Part shown: positions 19,341 through 28,722 of the stretch, piece after piece
How positions within the stretch are numbered: the first letter of the stretch is position 1
Layout of the letters: each line of letters begins with the position of its first letter
NCBI GenBank assembly: GCA_965203355.1
Contig: OZ241889.1
Span: 3,008,001-3,072,000, forward strand
Length of the DNA: 64,000 bases
Direction: 5' to 3'
Source of the DNA: Candidatus Latescibacterota bacterium
GTDB taxonomy: Bacteria > Latescibacterota > UBA2968 > UBA8231
The notes under the pieces: model-generated
Told to the model about the DNA's origin: nothing
Database searches by the model: none
The model's input: only the letters and a program-made list of their open reading frames with translations
Translations under genes and position numbers: made by a program

Positions 19341-20201
19341 TCACAAAAAGCGCGTAATCCCAAAGCCCAAGCGCCAGTTGTCAGGGGCTGCGTCGTCGGG
19401 TGCCCCCACCAAGTACTGGGCTGGACTAAGGCGCGTATTATTGGTGGCGAAGAGGTAAAAGGTGTGCCCGCCCGTATCTATGGACAGGCCCCAAGCCAGC
19501 GAATTGTGCGAGCGGCCCGTTTCGCCCGGCCATAAAATGCCTTGGTATCCGGTCAGCGTCGGACTATACTCCAGCCACGCGCCCCACGTATCGCCAAAGT
19601 AATACTGGGCATACGTTCCCAGCGTAAAAGTGTACTGCGTCTCGACGCTGAAAATGGCACTGTTGTACAGATAGGAGGGCACCAACCCAACGCCCAACCT
19701 GTCGGCCAGCCGCGTATTGAAAATCAATTGCCCGTAGTACTGAAAATTCGCGGCCGTAGCCGTCTTGCGCTCGACAACAGCTGGCATTTCCGTATTCCAA
19801 GCCACGCCGACGTTTAGGGCCAAAACTGCGGGCAAGCGCTCGTGAAAAAATTGCAGCCAATGGTACTGCAACTGCAAGTCCAAATGGTCCAGCATATTAC
19901 TCCGCCCCAAGGTCGCCATCAGCCGATCGCTGAGGCCGTAACTGAGCGAGGTGCGGATATTGGCTGGCCCATCAAAACCGAAATTGGCCTGGTATCCCTC
20001 GTCGATAGGCGGGAGGAAGCGGTGCGAAATCTCGTAGTGGAAATCGCCTTGGGACAGCGTTTCCGCGGTGGGATAATTGGCTGTCCTGATAGCGCTGAAC
20101 AGCTCCAAGCGGGTTTTGACCGGCGCACTCGCCTGCCACGACGGCTGAGCACCCACCCAGGCTGGCAACAGCACTCCCAACCACAAGACGCGAATGTTCA
20201 C
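19341..20201 (-). CDS. DUF5777-like outer membrane beta-barrel protein
   Basis: ISHRF, FGFDGPANIR and IDTGGHTF..F.TN motifs; C-terminal LGFGITRFL. Confidence 0.75.
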   Translation of the reverse strand: MNIRVLWLGVLLPAWVGAQPSWQASAPVKTRLELFSAIRTANYPTAETLSQGDFHYEISHRFLPPIDEGYQANFGFDGPANIRTSLSYGLSDRLMATLGRSNMLDHLDLQLQYHWLQFFHERLPAVLALNVGVAWNTEMPAVVERKTATAANFQYYGQLIFNTRLADRLGVGLVPSYLYNSAIFSVETQYTFTLGTYAQYYFGDTWGAWLEYSPTLTGYQGILWPGETGRSHNSLAWGLSIDTGGHTFYLFATNNTRLSPAQYLVGAPDDAAPDNWRLGFGITRFL

Positions 20202-20218
20202 TATCAGTCCCTCCTGCC

Positions 20219-20791
20219 CTATTGTACGTGTTTTAAGTAAAACGAGACCCTAACGGCAATTTCCTCGCTCACCTTGACAAAAGCCACCAAGGAAGGGGCC
20301 GCAATGTCGTAGTCGGCCAGTTTGATGGTGAAAGCCGCCTCGACCTTGGAGTGCCCCGCTTCCACCACTACGGTACCGGGCACTTCTACGGCGCGGTCCA
20401 CCCCGTGTAGCGACAAGATGCCCTTGGTTTTGACGCGATAGGCAACCCCAGTGGAATCGACCGCGGTGTGTTCGACGATCTCCCCTTTGTACACGGCTTT
20501 GGGCCACTGGTCCGCGTCCAGCACTTGGCGCATATCGCGGTCCCGCTTGCCAATGCCCGTGTCAAAACTAGCTAAGTCCACTTCAAAATGCAGTTGGTCC
20601 TTGGCCGCAAAAAGCGAGTCGCCTTCCCAATAAATGAAGCCGTCGATCTTATCGGTCGTGCCGACAAAAGTGAAGGCCACCACTTTGGAAGTGAACGCGA
20701 CTTGGTTGCCCTCGGCCTTTTTATCGACGTGCCATTCGCCGCCGTGGACAGCCAGCGGCCAGCAGAGCAGGAACGGGACGATCCAACGCAT
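20219..20791 (-). CDS. YceI family periplasmic protein
   Basis: Signal peptide; DLASFDTGIGKRDRDM, LSLHGV and KLADYDI motifs. Confidence 0.88.
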   Translation of the reverse strand: MRWIVPFLLCWPLAVHGGEWHVDKKAEGNQVAFTSKVVAFTFVGTTDKIDGFIYWEGDSLFAAKDQLHFEVDLASFDTGIGKRDRDMRQVLDADQWPKAVYKGEIVEHTAVDSTGVAYRVKTKGILSLHGVDRAVEVPGTVVVEAGHSKVEAAFTIKLADYDIAAPSLVAFVKVSEEIAVRVSFYLKHVQ

Positions 20792-20819
20792 AAACGTCGC
20801 CCGGCCGTTTAGAGGCAAA

Positions 20820-21230
20820 TTAGTCGTTGGGAGCCCCCTTTTCTATCCAAGCGCGCACTGTTTCGAGTGCGTCCGGGGTCAAGTACGGCCCACTAGGGGG
20901 CATGCGGGATCCATCAACATCGGCGTCTGCCAAGAGTTTGCGATACAGGTAGCTATTGTCGGGATCGCCCGGCTCGATCAAAGCTAGGCCCCGGCTGCTC
21001 TCCACATCGACAATGTTGTCGTATGCTTGGCCCGCCGACAGATTGGGCCAAGCACTGTCGCCGTGACAGCCGCTCAAAGCGCAGGACACGTCAAATATGG
21101 TCTCTTGCACCTGGGCAAAGGTCGCCGGTCCTTTGGCAGCAGAATCGAATACCATATCCGTGCTCGTAGTCGGACCAGAACAAGACGTCCCCACAACTAC
21201 TAATGCAACAAGCGCAATGAGCACTTTCAT
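20820..21230 (-). CDS. Lipoprotein with c-type cytochrome-like domain (CX4CH)
   Basis: Lipobox-like VGTSC; CALSGCH; PGDPDNSYL..KL; MP; WIEKGA. Confidence 0.75.
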   Translation of the reverse strand: MKVLIALVALVVVGTSCSGPTTSTDMVFDSAAKGPATFAQVQETIFDVSCALSGCHGDSAWPNLSAGQAYDNIVDVESSRGLALIEPGDPDNSYLYRKLLADADVDGSRMPPSGPYLTPDALETVRAWIEKGAPND

Positions 21231-21411
21231 GACCTTTCTCCTTAGGAATGCACTACATCCGCAACTTAATCTTGCCGGTCTGGATCGGCAACACGAGCCC
21301 CGCGGCTCGTCCACCAGCTCTTCTTGATCGGCGCTACACTCCGGGTTGATTTGCGCGTAGTGGGGGCGATTCCTTTCCTTCCCTTTAAGGTGTATAGCCA
21401 AAGGAGACGCC

Positions 21412-22359
21412 ATGTACATCCAAGACCAACTCCCCCACGACCGCATTACGGACGACAACTTGAGCTACTACAAAGCCATTGGCGTTGATTACCTGACCGT
21501 CAACTCCCTTCCCCTCGGCCTGCATACCTACCCCGAGATGGTCGAGTTCCTGCAAGCGGTGCGCAAGCGCGCCGAAAAAAACGGCCTCCGCTTGTACAAC
21601 GCCGCCTTGAGCGGACCGGACGAAATCACGCTCGCCCAACGAGATCGCGACGCCAAAATCGAAGAGTGGTGCAACTGGATCCGGGCCCTGGGCACCGTCG
21701 CAGTCCCCACGCTCGGCTACAACTTCAAACCCGTGGGCAACTTCCGCACCCCCTCGGACACCGGCCGCGGCCGGGCCCACTACAGCACCTTCACCTATTC
21801 AGAGTACGAAAAAGAGAATCACGACCATCCAGAAAAGCACATCAACGAGGACCGCATGTGGGCCAATATCGCCTATTTTCACCAGCGCATCGTCCCAGTT
21901 GCCGAAGAAGCCGGCGTTACCTTGGCCCTACACCCGGACGATCCACCGCTACCCGAGCCGATGGGCGGCGCAGCGCGGATCGTCTCCACCCTAGAGCAAT
22001 ACGAGCGCATCTTCGCCCTTAATCCCAGCCCCCAAAACGCCATGCTGTTCTGCCAAGGCTGCGTCACCGAAATGGGCATTGACGTGTACGAGGCGATCCG
22101 CCGCATGAGCCGCCAAGGCAAAATCGCCTACGTCCACTTCCGCAACGTGCGCGGTACGCCCAAGGATTTCAGGGAGGTCTTTATCGACGAGGGCGACGTC
22201 GATATGTACCGGGCAATGCAGACCTACAAGGAGGTGGGCTTTAACGGGCCGTTTATGATGGATCACACTCCGTCCATCCCCAACGACACCGGGGGCCGCC
22301 AAGGCCACGCGTACGCCACCGGCTTCATCCGCGCCATGCTCCAAGCCGTCTATCGCTAA
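21412..22359 (+). CDS. uxuA: Mannonate dehydratase family
   Basis: LALHPDDPP, FCQG, YVHFRNV, F.E.FIDEGDVDM and DH motifs. Confidence 0.82.
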   Translation: MYIQDQLPHDRITDDNLSYYKAIGVDYLTVNSLPLGLHTYPEMVEFLQAVRKRAEKNGLRLYNAALSGPDEITLAQRDRDAKIEEWCNWIRALGTVAVPTLGYNFKPVGNFRTPSDTGRGRAHYSTFTYSEYEKENHDHPEKHINEDRMWANIAYFHQRIVPVAEEAGVTLALHPDDPPLPEPMGGAARIVSTLEQYERIFALNPSPQNAMLFCQGCVTEMGIDVYEAIRRMSRQGKIAYVHFRNVRGTPKDFREVFIDEGDVDMYRAMQTYKEVGFNGPFMMDHTPSIPNDTGGRQGHAYATGFIRAMLQAVYR

Positions 22360-22377
22360 TCGCCAATCGGGAGCAAC

Positions 22378-22475
22378 ATGACCACACCGACTCAAACCCA
22401 GATCACGGCCTCCGGCGAACACTGGCTAATCAACGGCCAAACCACGTATCGCGGGCGAGCATATCGCGGGTCGCA
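22378..22475 (+). pseudogene. 5' remnant of a conserved hypothetical gene
   Basis: RBS GGAG plus ATG; MTTPTQTQITASGEHWLINGQTTYRGRAYRG looks protein-like, then runs head-on into the 3' end of the convergent DegT gene. Confidence 0.4.
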
Positions 22476-22489
22476 TCGGCGTGGGCCGC

Positions 22490-23659
22490 TCAGCCCGCCG
22501 CCGCTTGCAGTGCTTGGCCCATCCTCTGCACTTTGGCTTTGGTATGGTTCGGGTGCATGGGCACCAAGACGGCGCGCGCCAAAACGTCGAGCGAGTCTTG
22601 GCACGTATCCAGCTTGTACTTGACCCGCGCCTTGCGATTGGCCGGCAGCTTAAAGGGATTGAGCGCCGGATGGTGCGCACCTTGGTAGCGCAAAATAGGC
22701 TCCCAGCGCGTATAGACGTGGCGACCGGTATCCATGGGCAAAAAGGCAGACACCCCTTGGTCGGCGAGTCGGTTGCGAAAGGAGCGCGCCTCGTCCTCGG
22801 CGGCAAACAAAAAGCCCAAGTGCGTGCCGCACTCGTAGTCCAAGCTGTTGTTTTTGATCGACTCCAACCCGGCCGCTAGCCCGACCTGGAGCAACTCCTG
22901 CTTGTGGGCGCGCATGGTCTTGAGCATCCCGCGGATTCGCCGCAACTGCACGTTGAGTATCGCCCCTTCAACCTCAGAAGCCCTGAAGTTGGGGCCGGCA
23001 AATTGCAGATCTTCGCGCTCTTCGTCGGGGTTCCAGTAAAAGGAGCAGCAATCCACCGCCACCGAGCCGCGCTGATACACGGCCTCGGCCTGGGTCACAA
23101 ACGCCCCGCCCTCGCCGCAGGTCATGTTCTTGAAGAAATTGAAACTAAACGCGCCAGCATGGCCCCAACTGCCCAGCATCCGGCCCTCGTACCCACCGCC
23201 CACCGCCTGACAAGCATCTTCGAGAACGAGTAAGCCGCGCTTGCGAGCGATCTTGGTAATGCGCTTCATATCGCAGGGCAAGCCGACCATGTGGACCGGA
23301 ATAATCGCCCGAGTGTGTTTGGTAATTCGCCGCTTTAAATCCTTGGGGCACAGCGTCAAGGAGTTATCTACGTCAGCGATTACCGGAATGGCCCCAGCCC
23401 CCAAAACAGCCAAAGCCGTCGCCATGTAGGTATAGGCGGGCACAATCACCTGATCCCCCGGCCCGACGCCCAACCCCACCAAGGCCGCGTACAGGGCCGA
23501 GGTCCCCGAGCGCGTCATCCGACAGTGCTCCACCCCCACGTAGCGCGCCCAATTCTTCTCAAAGCGGTCGCACTCCCCACCCGATCCATAGCGGAAGATC
23601 GCGCCGCTGTCGAATAGCCGCTGTAGTTGCTTGATTTCTGCTTGGCCGATGCGATACAT
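22490..23659 (-). CDS. DegT/DnrJ/EryC1/StrS PLP aminotransferase
   Basis: SGTSAL, GVGPGDQVIVP, EDACQ and SFNFFKNMTCGEGG motifs. Confidence 0.92.
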   Translation of the reverse strand: MYRIGQAEIKQLQRLFDSGAIFRYGSGGECDRFEKNWARYVGVEHCRMTRSGTSALYAALVGLGVGPGDQVIVPAYTYMATALAVLGAGAIPVIADVDNSLTLCPKDLKRRITKHTRAIIPVHMVGLPCDMKRITKIARKRGLLVLEDACQAVGGGYEGRMLGSWGHAGAFSFNFFKNMTCGEGGAFVTQAEAVYQRGSVAVDCCSFYWNPDEEREDLQFAGPNFRASEVEGAILNVQLRRIRGMLKTMRAHKQELLQVGLAAGLESIKNNSLDYECGTHLGFLFAAEDEARSFRNRLADQGVSAFLPMDTGRHVYTRWEPILRYQGAHHPALNPFKLPANRKARVKYKLDTCQDSLDVLARAVLVPMHPNHTKAKVQRMGQALQAAAG

Positions 23660-23670
23660 AATGCGCTCCT

Positions 23671-25410
23671 TTAGACGAGTTCCAGTTCGACCCAGCGCCG
23701 AACCGAATTAATTAGATAAAGAGCGTTGGCTCGCGCCAATTCGCCGATGGACAGCCGGCGTTCGCAAAGTTGGCCCTGCGCCAACAGCTCGGCGCGGAAG
23801 GTGCCGGCCAGCAGCCCGGATTCGACCGGGGGCGTGTAGCGGACGCCGTCGCGCTCCAGCACCAAGTTGCCGATGCAGCACTCGGTCAGTTCGCCGCGCT
23901 CGTTGTACAGCACCACGTCGTCGCAATCTGGACGCGCTGCCAACTGCCGATCGTACCTAGCCCGCTGGGTCGTCTTGTGGTACAGCAAGGGATCGGTGCT
24001 ATCCATCGGCTCGGCGGCCAGCGCCACCCGCAGCGGTCGCGGCGGCGCGAGCGTCTGATGCTGTACGCGGACCGCGCCGTTGCGGGCCAGCAGCAAGCGC
24101 ACCCTACACGGGCCGGCCATAGCCTTGGCCGCGGCTTGCAACGGCGCCCGCACCCGGTCGTCCGCATAGCAAAATCCCCAGTACGCTGCCGACTGAGACA
24201 AACGTTCTAAATGCCTCTCTAACAGGAAGTAATCCCCATTTTCATACAACAGCGTCTCCAGCAGTTCAAAAGAAGGACCCGGTCGGGTGCGCAAGACCTC
24301 GGCCTTGATGAGGCACTCGGCGTATTCTCCCGCGGCCGCCGATTCCCAGACGATCCCGCTACCCACGCCAAATTCGAGCTGAGCCTTCTCGCGGTCGAGG
24401 TGCGCCGTGCGAATCGCCACGTTGAAGCACGCCTCCGGCCCCGGCGACACATAGCCCATGCAGCCAGTGTAAATGCCGCGCGGGGCGCGCTCCAGCTCGA
24501 CGATGATCTCCATAGTTCGCACCTTGGGCGCACCGGTCACCGAGCCGCAGGGAAAAAGCGCGGCAAAGATGTCGGGCAAGCGGACCCCGGCTTTGAGTTG
24601 GCTTTCCACGGTAGAAGTTAGCTGCCACACCGTGGGATAGCGCTCGACCGACCACAGGGCCGGGACCGCCACGCTGCCGACTTGTGCGATACGCCCTAAA
24701 TCGTTGCGCAACATGTCAGTAACCATCAAGTTCTCAGCGCAGTCCTTAGCGGAATTTTGCAGGTCGTTGGCCCGCTGTTGATCTTCGGCTGCAAAGCGGC
24801 CGCGTGGCCGGGTTCCCTTCATGGGCCGCACTGTGCAACGCCCGTCGCGCAGGTGGAAGAACAGCTCGGGCGACGCCGAGATCAGCACGTGCCGCCCCAA
24901 GTCGAAATACGCGCACAGCGCAGATTCCTGCCCCTGCCCCATATCGCGGTACAGCGCCAGCGGATCGCCCTCAAAGCGGCTGCACAAGCGCCAGGTGTAG
25001 TTGACTTGGTACGTGTCGCCGGCCGCAAGATAGGCGCGGATGCGTTCAATCGCGGTCTCGTACTCCGCCCACGACACCGACGCCTGCCAAGCGTCCAGCT
25101 TGTAGGCCCCCAAATCGGCGCTAGGCGCGGCCACCTGCGTCCGCTCCGCAAAGAGGCCAAAGTAAACCAAGGGAAGCGCACCAGCGGGACGAGTGGTAAA
25201 AGCCGGGTCCAGACCAGCGGCCGCTTCGTAGCAGACAAAGCCCGCCGCGTGTAGCCCTTGCTCCACGGCCTGCGCCACCGCACTGAGGGCTGGGCGCACC
25301 TCGTCTGTCGCGGTAGCCACCACCTCGCCCACCGGTTGGGCAAACGCAAAGGAGCGCTGCTGCCCGCCGCGGGCGTACGACGACAACAGCACTGGACTTT
25401 CTAGCGTCAT
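23671..25410 (-). CDS. pabB: Aminodeoxychorismate synthase component I fused to ADC lyase-like (class IV aminotransferase) domain
   Basis: GDTYQVN, SPELF, PMKGT, AENLM..D.LRND and FPCGSVTGAPK motifs; C-terminal HKTT.R, TECCIGN and GLLAGT.R. Confidence 0.9.
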   Translation of the reverse strand: MTLESPVLLSSYARGGQQRSFAFAQPVGEVVATATDEVRPALSAVAQAVEQGLHAAGFVCYEAAAGLDPAFTTRPAGALPLVYFGLFAERTQVAAPSADLGAYKLDAWQASVSWAEYETAIERIRAYLAAGDTYQVNYTWRLCSRFEGDPLALYRDMGQGQESALCAYFDLGRHVLISASPELFFHLRDGRCTVRPMKGTRPRGRFAAEDQQRANDLQNSAKDCAENLMVTDMLRNDLGRIAQVGSVAVPALWSVERYPTVWQLTSTVESQLKAGVRLPDIFAALFPCGSVTGAPKVRTMEIIVELERAPRGIYTGCMGYVSPGPEACFNVAIRTAHLDREKAQLEFGVGSGIVWESAAAGEYAECLIKAEVLRTRPGPSFELLETLLYENGDYFLLERHLERLSQSAAYWGFCYADDRVRAPLQAAAKAMAGPCRVRLLLARNGAVRVQHQTLAPPRPLRVALAAEPMDSTDPLLYHKTTQRARYDRQLAARPDCDDVVLYNERGELTECCIGNLVLERDGVRYTPPVESGLLAGTFRAELLAQGQLCERRLSIGELARANALYLINSVRRWVELELV

Positions 25411-25459
25411 GTCTGAGGGGCGTCGAGCACCGGCTAGGCCGTTGTCAACCGAGAGGCAC

Positions 25460-26269
25460 CTAACCCGCGGCCTCGCCGGGCTGGTACTCAATGCGCCGCA
25501 TGAAGCGCTCGCCCACATCGTAGTTTGGCTGGTCGGAGACAAAGCGCCACAAGCGCACGCGCTGCATCAATTCGTAGCGATGCTCGTTGCCCTCCCAGCC
25601 GTGATGGGTCGATAGGATGCGACCGATCGCCGGGTCGTCCAGATCCGCGCTGTCAAAGTGGCAGACCTGCGGCCGCGTCGGGTTGAGCCGCAACTTGTAC
25701 ATGAAGCGGTCCTGATCCGTGTAGTTGCTGCGCGCTCCGTGCCAAACGCGGGTGTTCCACACGTACATGGTTCCCGCCGGGCAGGTCGCCCAGACCTTGC
25801 CGCGCATGTGGTGGTAAATGGCGATCTCCCCGGTGCGCACATTGCGGAATTGCGTACCCGGCACCAAGAAAGTGCCGCCCATCTCGTCTGTGGTGTCCGC
25901 GGGGAACAGCGATAGCTGGATATCGAAGTAATGGTCGCGGAAGTCGATGACCGAGTCTTGGTGCATATTGGGGCCTTTGGTTTGTTCGGCCTGGGTCAAG
26001 TGCGCGGCGTGGTGGTCGTACAGGGGATCGGGGCCGACCAAGGAATGGATAAGCCCCTGCACCTGCGGCAGACGGAACGCATCGCCCAAGGCCGTACCTT
26101 TGGGCCAAGTCGCCTCAAAGGGGGTCCCCACCGCGAGATAACCTTGGTTATGGCGCATTTCCGCCAGGCAGGCTCGACACAGCTCTTGGGGCACCATTTC
26201 TTCGAACTTCAAATACCCCGAGGCAACGAATTGCGCCATCTGCTTTGAATTCAAAAGATGCTCTTTCAC
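25460..26269 (-). CDS. PhyH family dioxygenase
   Basis: MHQDS, GGTFLVPGT and VWHG motifs; GTG start overlapping the upstream stop. Confidence 0.8.
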   Translation of the reverse strand: MKEHLLNSKQMAQFVASGYLKFEEMVPQELCRACLAEMRHNQGYLAVGTPFEATWPKGTALGDAFRLPQVQGLIHSLVGPDPLYDHHAAHLTQAEQTKGPNMHQDSVIDFRDHYFDIQLSLFPADTTDEMGGTFLVPGTQFRNVRTGEIAIYHHMRGKVWATCPAGTMYVWNTRVWHGARSNYTDQDRFMYKLRLNPTRPQVCHFDSADLDDPAIGRILSTHHGWEGNEHRYELMQRVRLWRFVSDQPNYDVGERFMRRIEYQPGEAAG

Positions 26270-26565
26270 GATGTGGCTCCTTCCTCTTTTTGCCGCTCGT
26301 TGAATTTTGACAACACGACTTGGTAGGGCAGCGGCCCCAGTTCATAGCCTGCTTGGGGTGAGCGATGTTTGAGTTCCGACATCTGGATGACTTGCCAGCC
26401 GTCGCGCATGGCCGCCATGGCGTTCTGATAGGGTGGATCGCTCTCCTCGACCAAGTCGCCGAGGCCCGTGCCCTTGGAGGCTTCGTAGCGTGCCCAAGCT
26501 GCGACTTGGGCGTCGAGCGCGGGCGTGGTCTGAAAAAACACGAGAATGTCTTGCACTGAGGACAT
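26266..26565 (-). CDS. Small conserved hypothetical protein coupled to PhyH
   Basis: 99 aa; PPY..AM.DGWQVIQ motif; 4-bp overlap with the PhyH gene. Confidence 0.7.
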   Translation of the reverse strand: MSSVQDILVFFQTTPALDAQVAAWARYEASKGTGLGDLVEESDPPYQNAMAAMRDGWQVIQMSELKHRSPQAGYELGPLPYQVVLSKFNERQKEEGATS

Positions 26566-26716
26566 GAAAAGCCTTTCGGTGATATTAGGTTGAAATTGCC
26601 GTGCGGTATTCCAGCTAGAATATAAGAAGTAACAAGCTCGCTGGTACGCAATTTGCGTAAGACCGGGAGGAGCTATTTAATATTTTAACATCCTTTCTTC
26701 TGTAAGGAGACTCACA

Positions 26717-27661
26717 ATGAAAGACCTGCTCTTATCGTTGGCGCACACCGCCATTTCTTTGGCGCTCGTCGCCACAGGAGCCGCCCAAGCCGACACCATG
26801 CACCAGTCCTTTGCCGTGGAGCCGGGCGACCGCCTAATAGTAGATACCGAATGGAGTGCCATTGAGGTCCATACTTGGGATCGTCCCGAGGTCGAGTTGG
26901 TCGTAGAACGCGCCGATAAACTCGATCTAACATACGACCAAGAGGCGGGCACCACGACCATCCGGGGCCGCAAGAAAAGTACCGGCCTGTTCGACTTCTT
27001 CGGCCTTGTGAAGGGACGTGCGCCCCTGTTCCGCCTCACGGTGCCGCACCGGCACGATGTAGAACTGAACACCTCGGGCGGTGGCATTGAGGTGGCCGAT
27101 CTTCAGGGCCGCGTCTCGGCCCGAACTTCGGGCGGCAATCTGATCTTTGGCCACATCGAAGGCCCGATCGAGGGCAAAACTTCGGGGGGTTCCATCTCGC
27201 TAAAAAGCGCCTCCGGTACGGCGTCGGTATCGACTTCGGGGGGTTCCATCCGCATTGGCGAGGCGGGCGGGACAGTGCAAGCTACGACTTCGGGCGGCTC
27301 TATCCACATCAGCCGGGCCCAAGGCTCGGTGCAGGCCAAGACGTCGGGCGGCTCTATCAAAGTGGATGAGGTGCTGGGGCCGATCAAGGCTCAGACGTCG
27401 GGTGGCTCCATTCGCGTCCAACTCTCACAACAGCCTCACGGTCCCTGCCACCTCAAGACTTCGGGCGGCAATATAGCGGTCTCCCTCGCGGCGGACATTG
27501 GTTTGCAGGTGGATGCCCGCACGTCGGGTGGGCGCGTCTCCTCCGACTTCCCGGTAGTAGGCACACTGGATAAAAACAGCCTCAAGGCCCGGATTAACGG
27601 CGGCGGTCCCCGCATGACCTTGCGCACCTCGGGCGGGTCCATCCGCTTACACAAACTATAG
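26717..27661 (+). CDS. Secreted DUF4097/adhesin-like beta-strand repeat protein
   Basis: Signal peptide; about ten TSGG(S/N)I repeats. Confidence 0.88.
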   Translation: MKDLLLSLAHTAISLALVATGAAQADTMHQSFAVEPGDRLIVDTEWSAIEVHTWDRPEVELVVERADKLDLTYDQEAGTTTIRGRKKSTGLFDFFGLVKGRAPLFRLTVPHRHDVELNTSGGGIEVADLQGRVSARTSGGNLIFGHIEGPIEGKTSGGSISLKSASGTASVSTSGGSIRIGEAGGTVQATTSGGSIHISRAQGSVQAKTSGGSIKVDEVLGPIKAQTSGGSIRVQLSQQPHGPCHLKTSGGNIAVSLAADIGLQVDARTSGGRVSSDFPVVGTLDKNSLKARINGGGPRMTLRTSGGSIRLHKL

Positions 27662-27680
27662 CGCTTTGGTCGCAGGGGAG

Positions 27681-27780
27681 TGAACCCCAAGGCGGCTACT
27701 GAGACACTGGCTACCGGCCACTGACCACCGGCCACTGACCACGCTTCAGGTTGTTGAACCCCAAGGCGGCTACTGAGACA
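27681..27780. repeat. 26-bp direct repeat flanking a heptamer array
   Basis: TGAACCCCAAGGCGGCTACTGAGACA at 27681-27706 and 27755-27780; between them CTGGCTACCGGCCACTGACCACCGGCCACTGACCAC. Confidence 0.9.
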
Positions 27781-28714
27781 GGGCTTCTAAGGCGGCTAAT
27801 TCCTCGGTCCCTAGCTCCACCTCCAAGGCCCCAAAGACCTCCTCCACGTGCTCGGGGCGATCTGGGCCGATAATCGGCGCGGTAACATGCTCGTTGGTCA
27901 ATATCCAAGCGACGGCAACTTGCGCCGGGGTCTTGTCCTGTGCCCGCCCGATCTCGGTCAGCTTCTGCACAATGCGCTCAGCTTGCTCACTCATGGCGGC
28001 GGCAAAGCGGTCGTCGTCCTGCCAAGCGCTATCGGTCGGCGGCTGTTGCCCGCGCCGAAAGCGACCGCTCAACAAGCCGACGGCCAGCGGACTATAGGTC
28101 ATCATGCCGAGGCCGTACTGCCGGCACAAAGGCAACAGCTCCGGCTCTACCTGCGATCGGTGCAATAGGTTGTACTGATTTTGCAAGGTAAATAGCGGGT
28201 CCAACCCTCCGCGATCGGCCACCCATAGTGCCTCTACCACTTGGGCGGCGGTAAAATTGCACCCCCCCACGTAGCGCACCTTGCCCTGCCGCACTAAATC
28301 GTCAAACGCCCGCAGCGTCTCGTCGAGTTCGGTGTCTGGATCCCAGTTGTGCAGCAAGTAGATATCCACGTAATCCGTGTTCAGGCGCTTCAGCGACCGC
28401 TCGATCTCGCGCATGATGGCAAAGCGCGACAAGCCGCGGTCGTTGGGCCCGTCCCCTATTGGGCTCCAGACTTTGGTGGTAATCACCAAATCGTCGCGCT
28501 TGCCTTTGATGGTCTTGCCCAACAGTTCCTCGCAGCGGCCCTGAAAGTAGTAGTTGGCGCAATCGAGGAAATTGCACCCCAGATCAAGGGCCGTCTCGAT
28601 CGCGCGCCTAGCGGTCGCCTCGTCTGTGTGCCCGTGCCAGTATCCCCGAAAGGCCGTGCCCAAGCACAGCCGCGAGACCTTGACTCCAGCCCGGCCCAAT
28701 CGCACGTAATCCAT
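27770..28714 (-). CDS. Aldo/keto reductase
   Basis: LGRAGVKVSRLCLGT, DCANYY, SLKRLNTDYVDIY.LH and YSPLAVGLLSG motifs. Confidence 0.93.
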   Translation of the reverse strand: MDYVRLGRAGVKVSRLCLGTAFRGYWHGHTDEATARRAIETALDLGCNFLDCANYYFQGRCEELLGKTIKGKRDDLVITTKVWSPIGDGPNDRGLSRFAIMREIERSLKRLNTDYVDIYLLHNWDPDTELDETLRAFDDLVRQGKVRYVGGCNFTAAQVVEALWVADRGGLDPLFTLQNQYNLLHRSQVEPELLPLCRQYGLGMMTYSPLAVGLLSGRFRRGQQPPTDSAWQDDDRFAAAMSEQAERIVQKLTEIGRAQDKTPAQVAVAWILTNEHVTAPIIGPDRPEHVEEVFGALEVELGTEELAALEALSQ

Positions 28715-28722
28715 GTTTTCTC

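Noticed and set aside
27060-27650. Repeated ACxTCGGGxGG motifs
   Set aside because: They encode the TSGG repeats of the DUF4097 protein and are not an independent DNA element.
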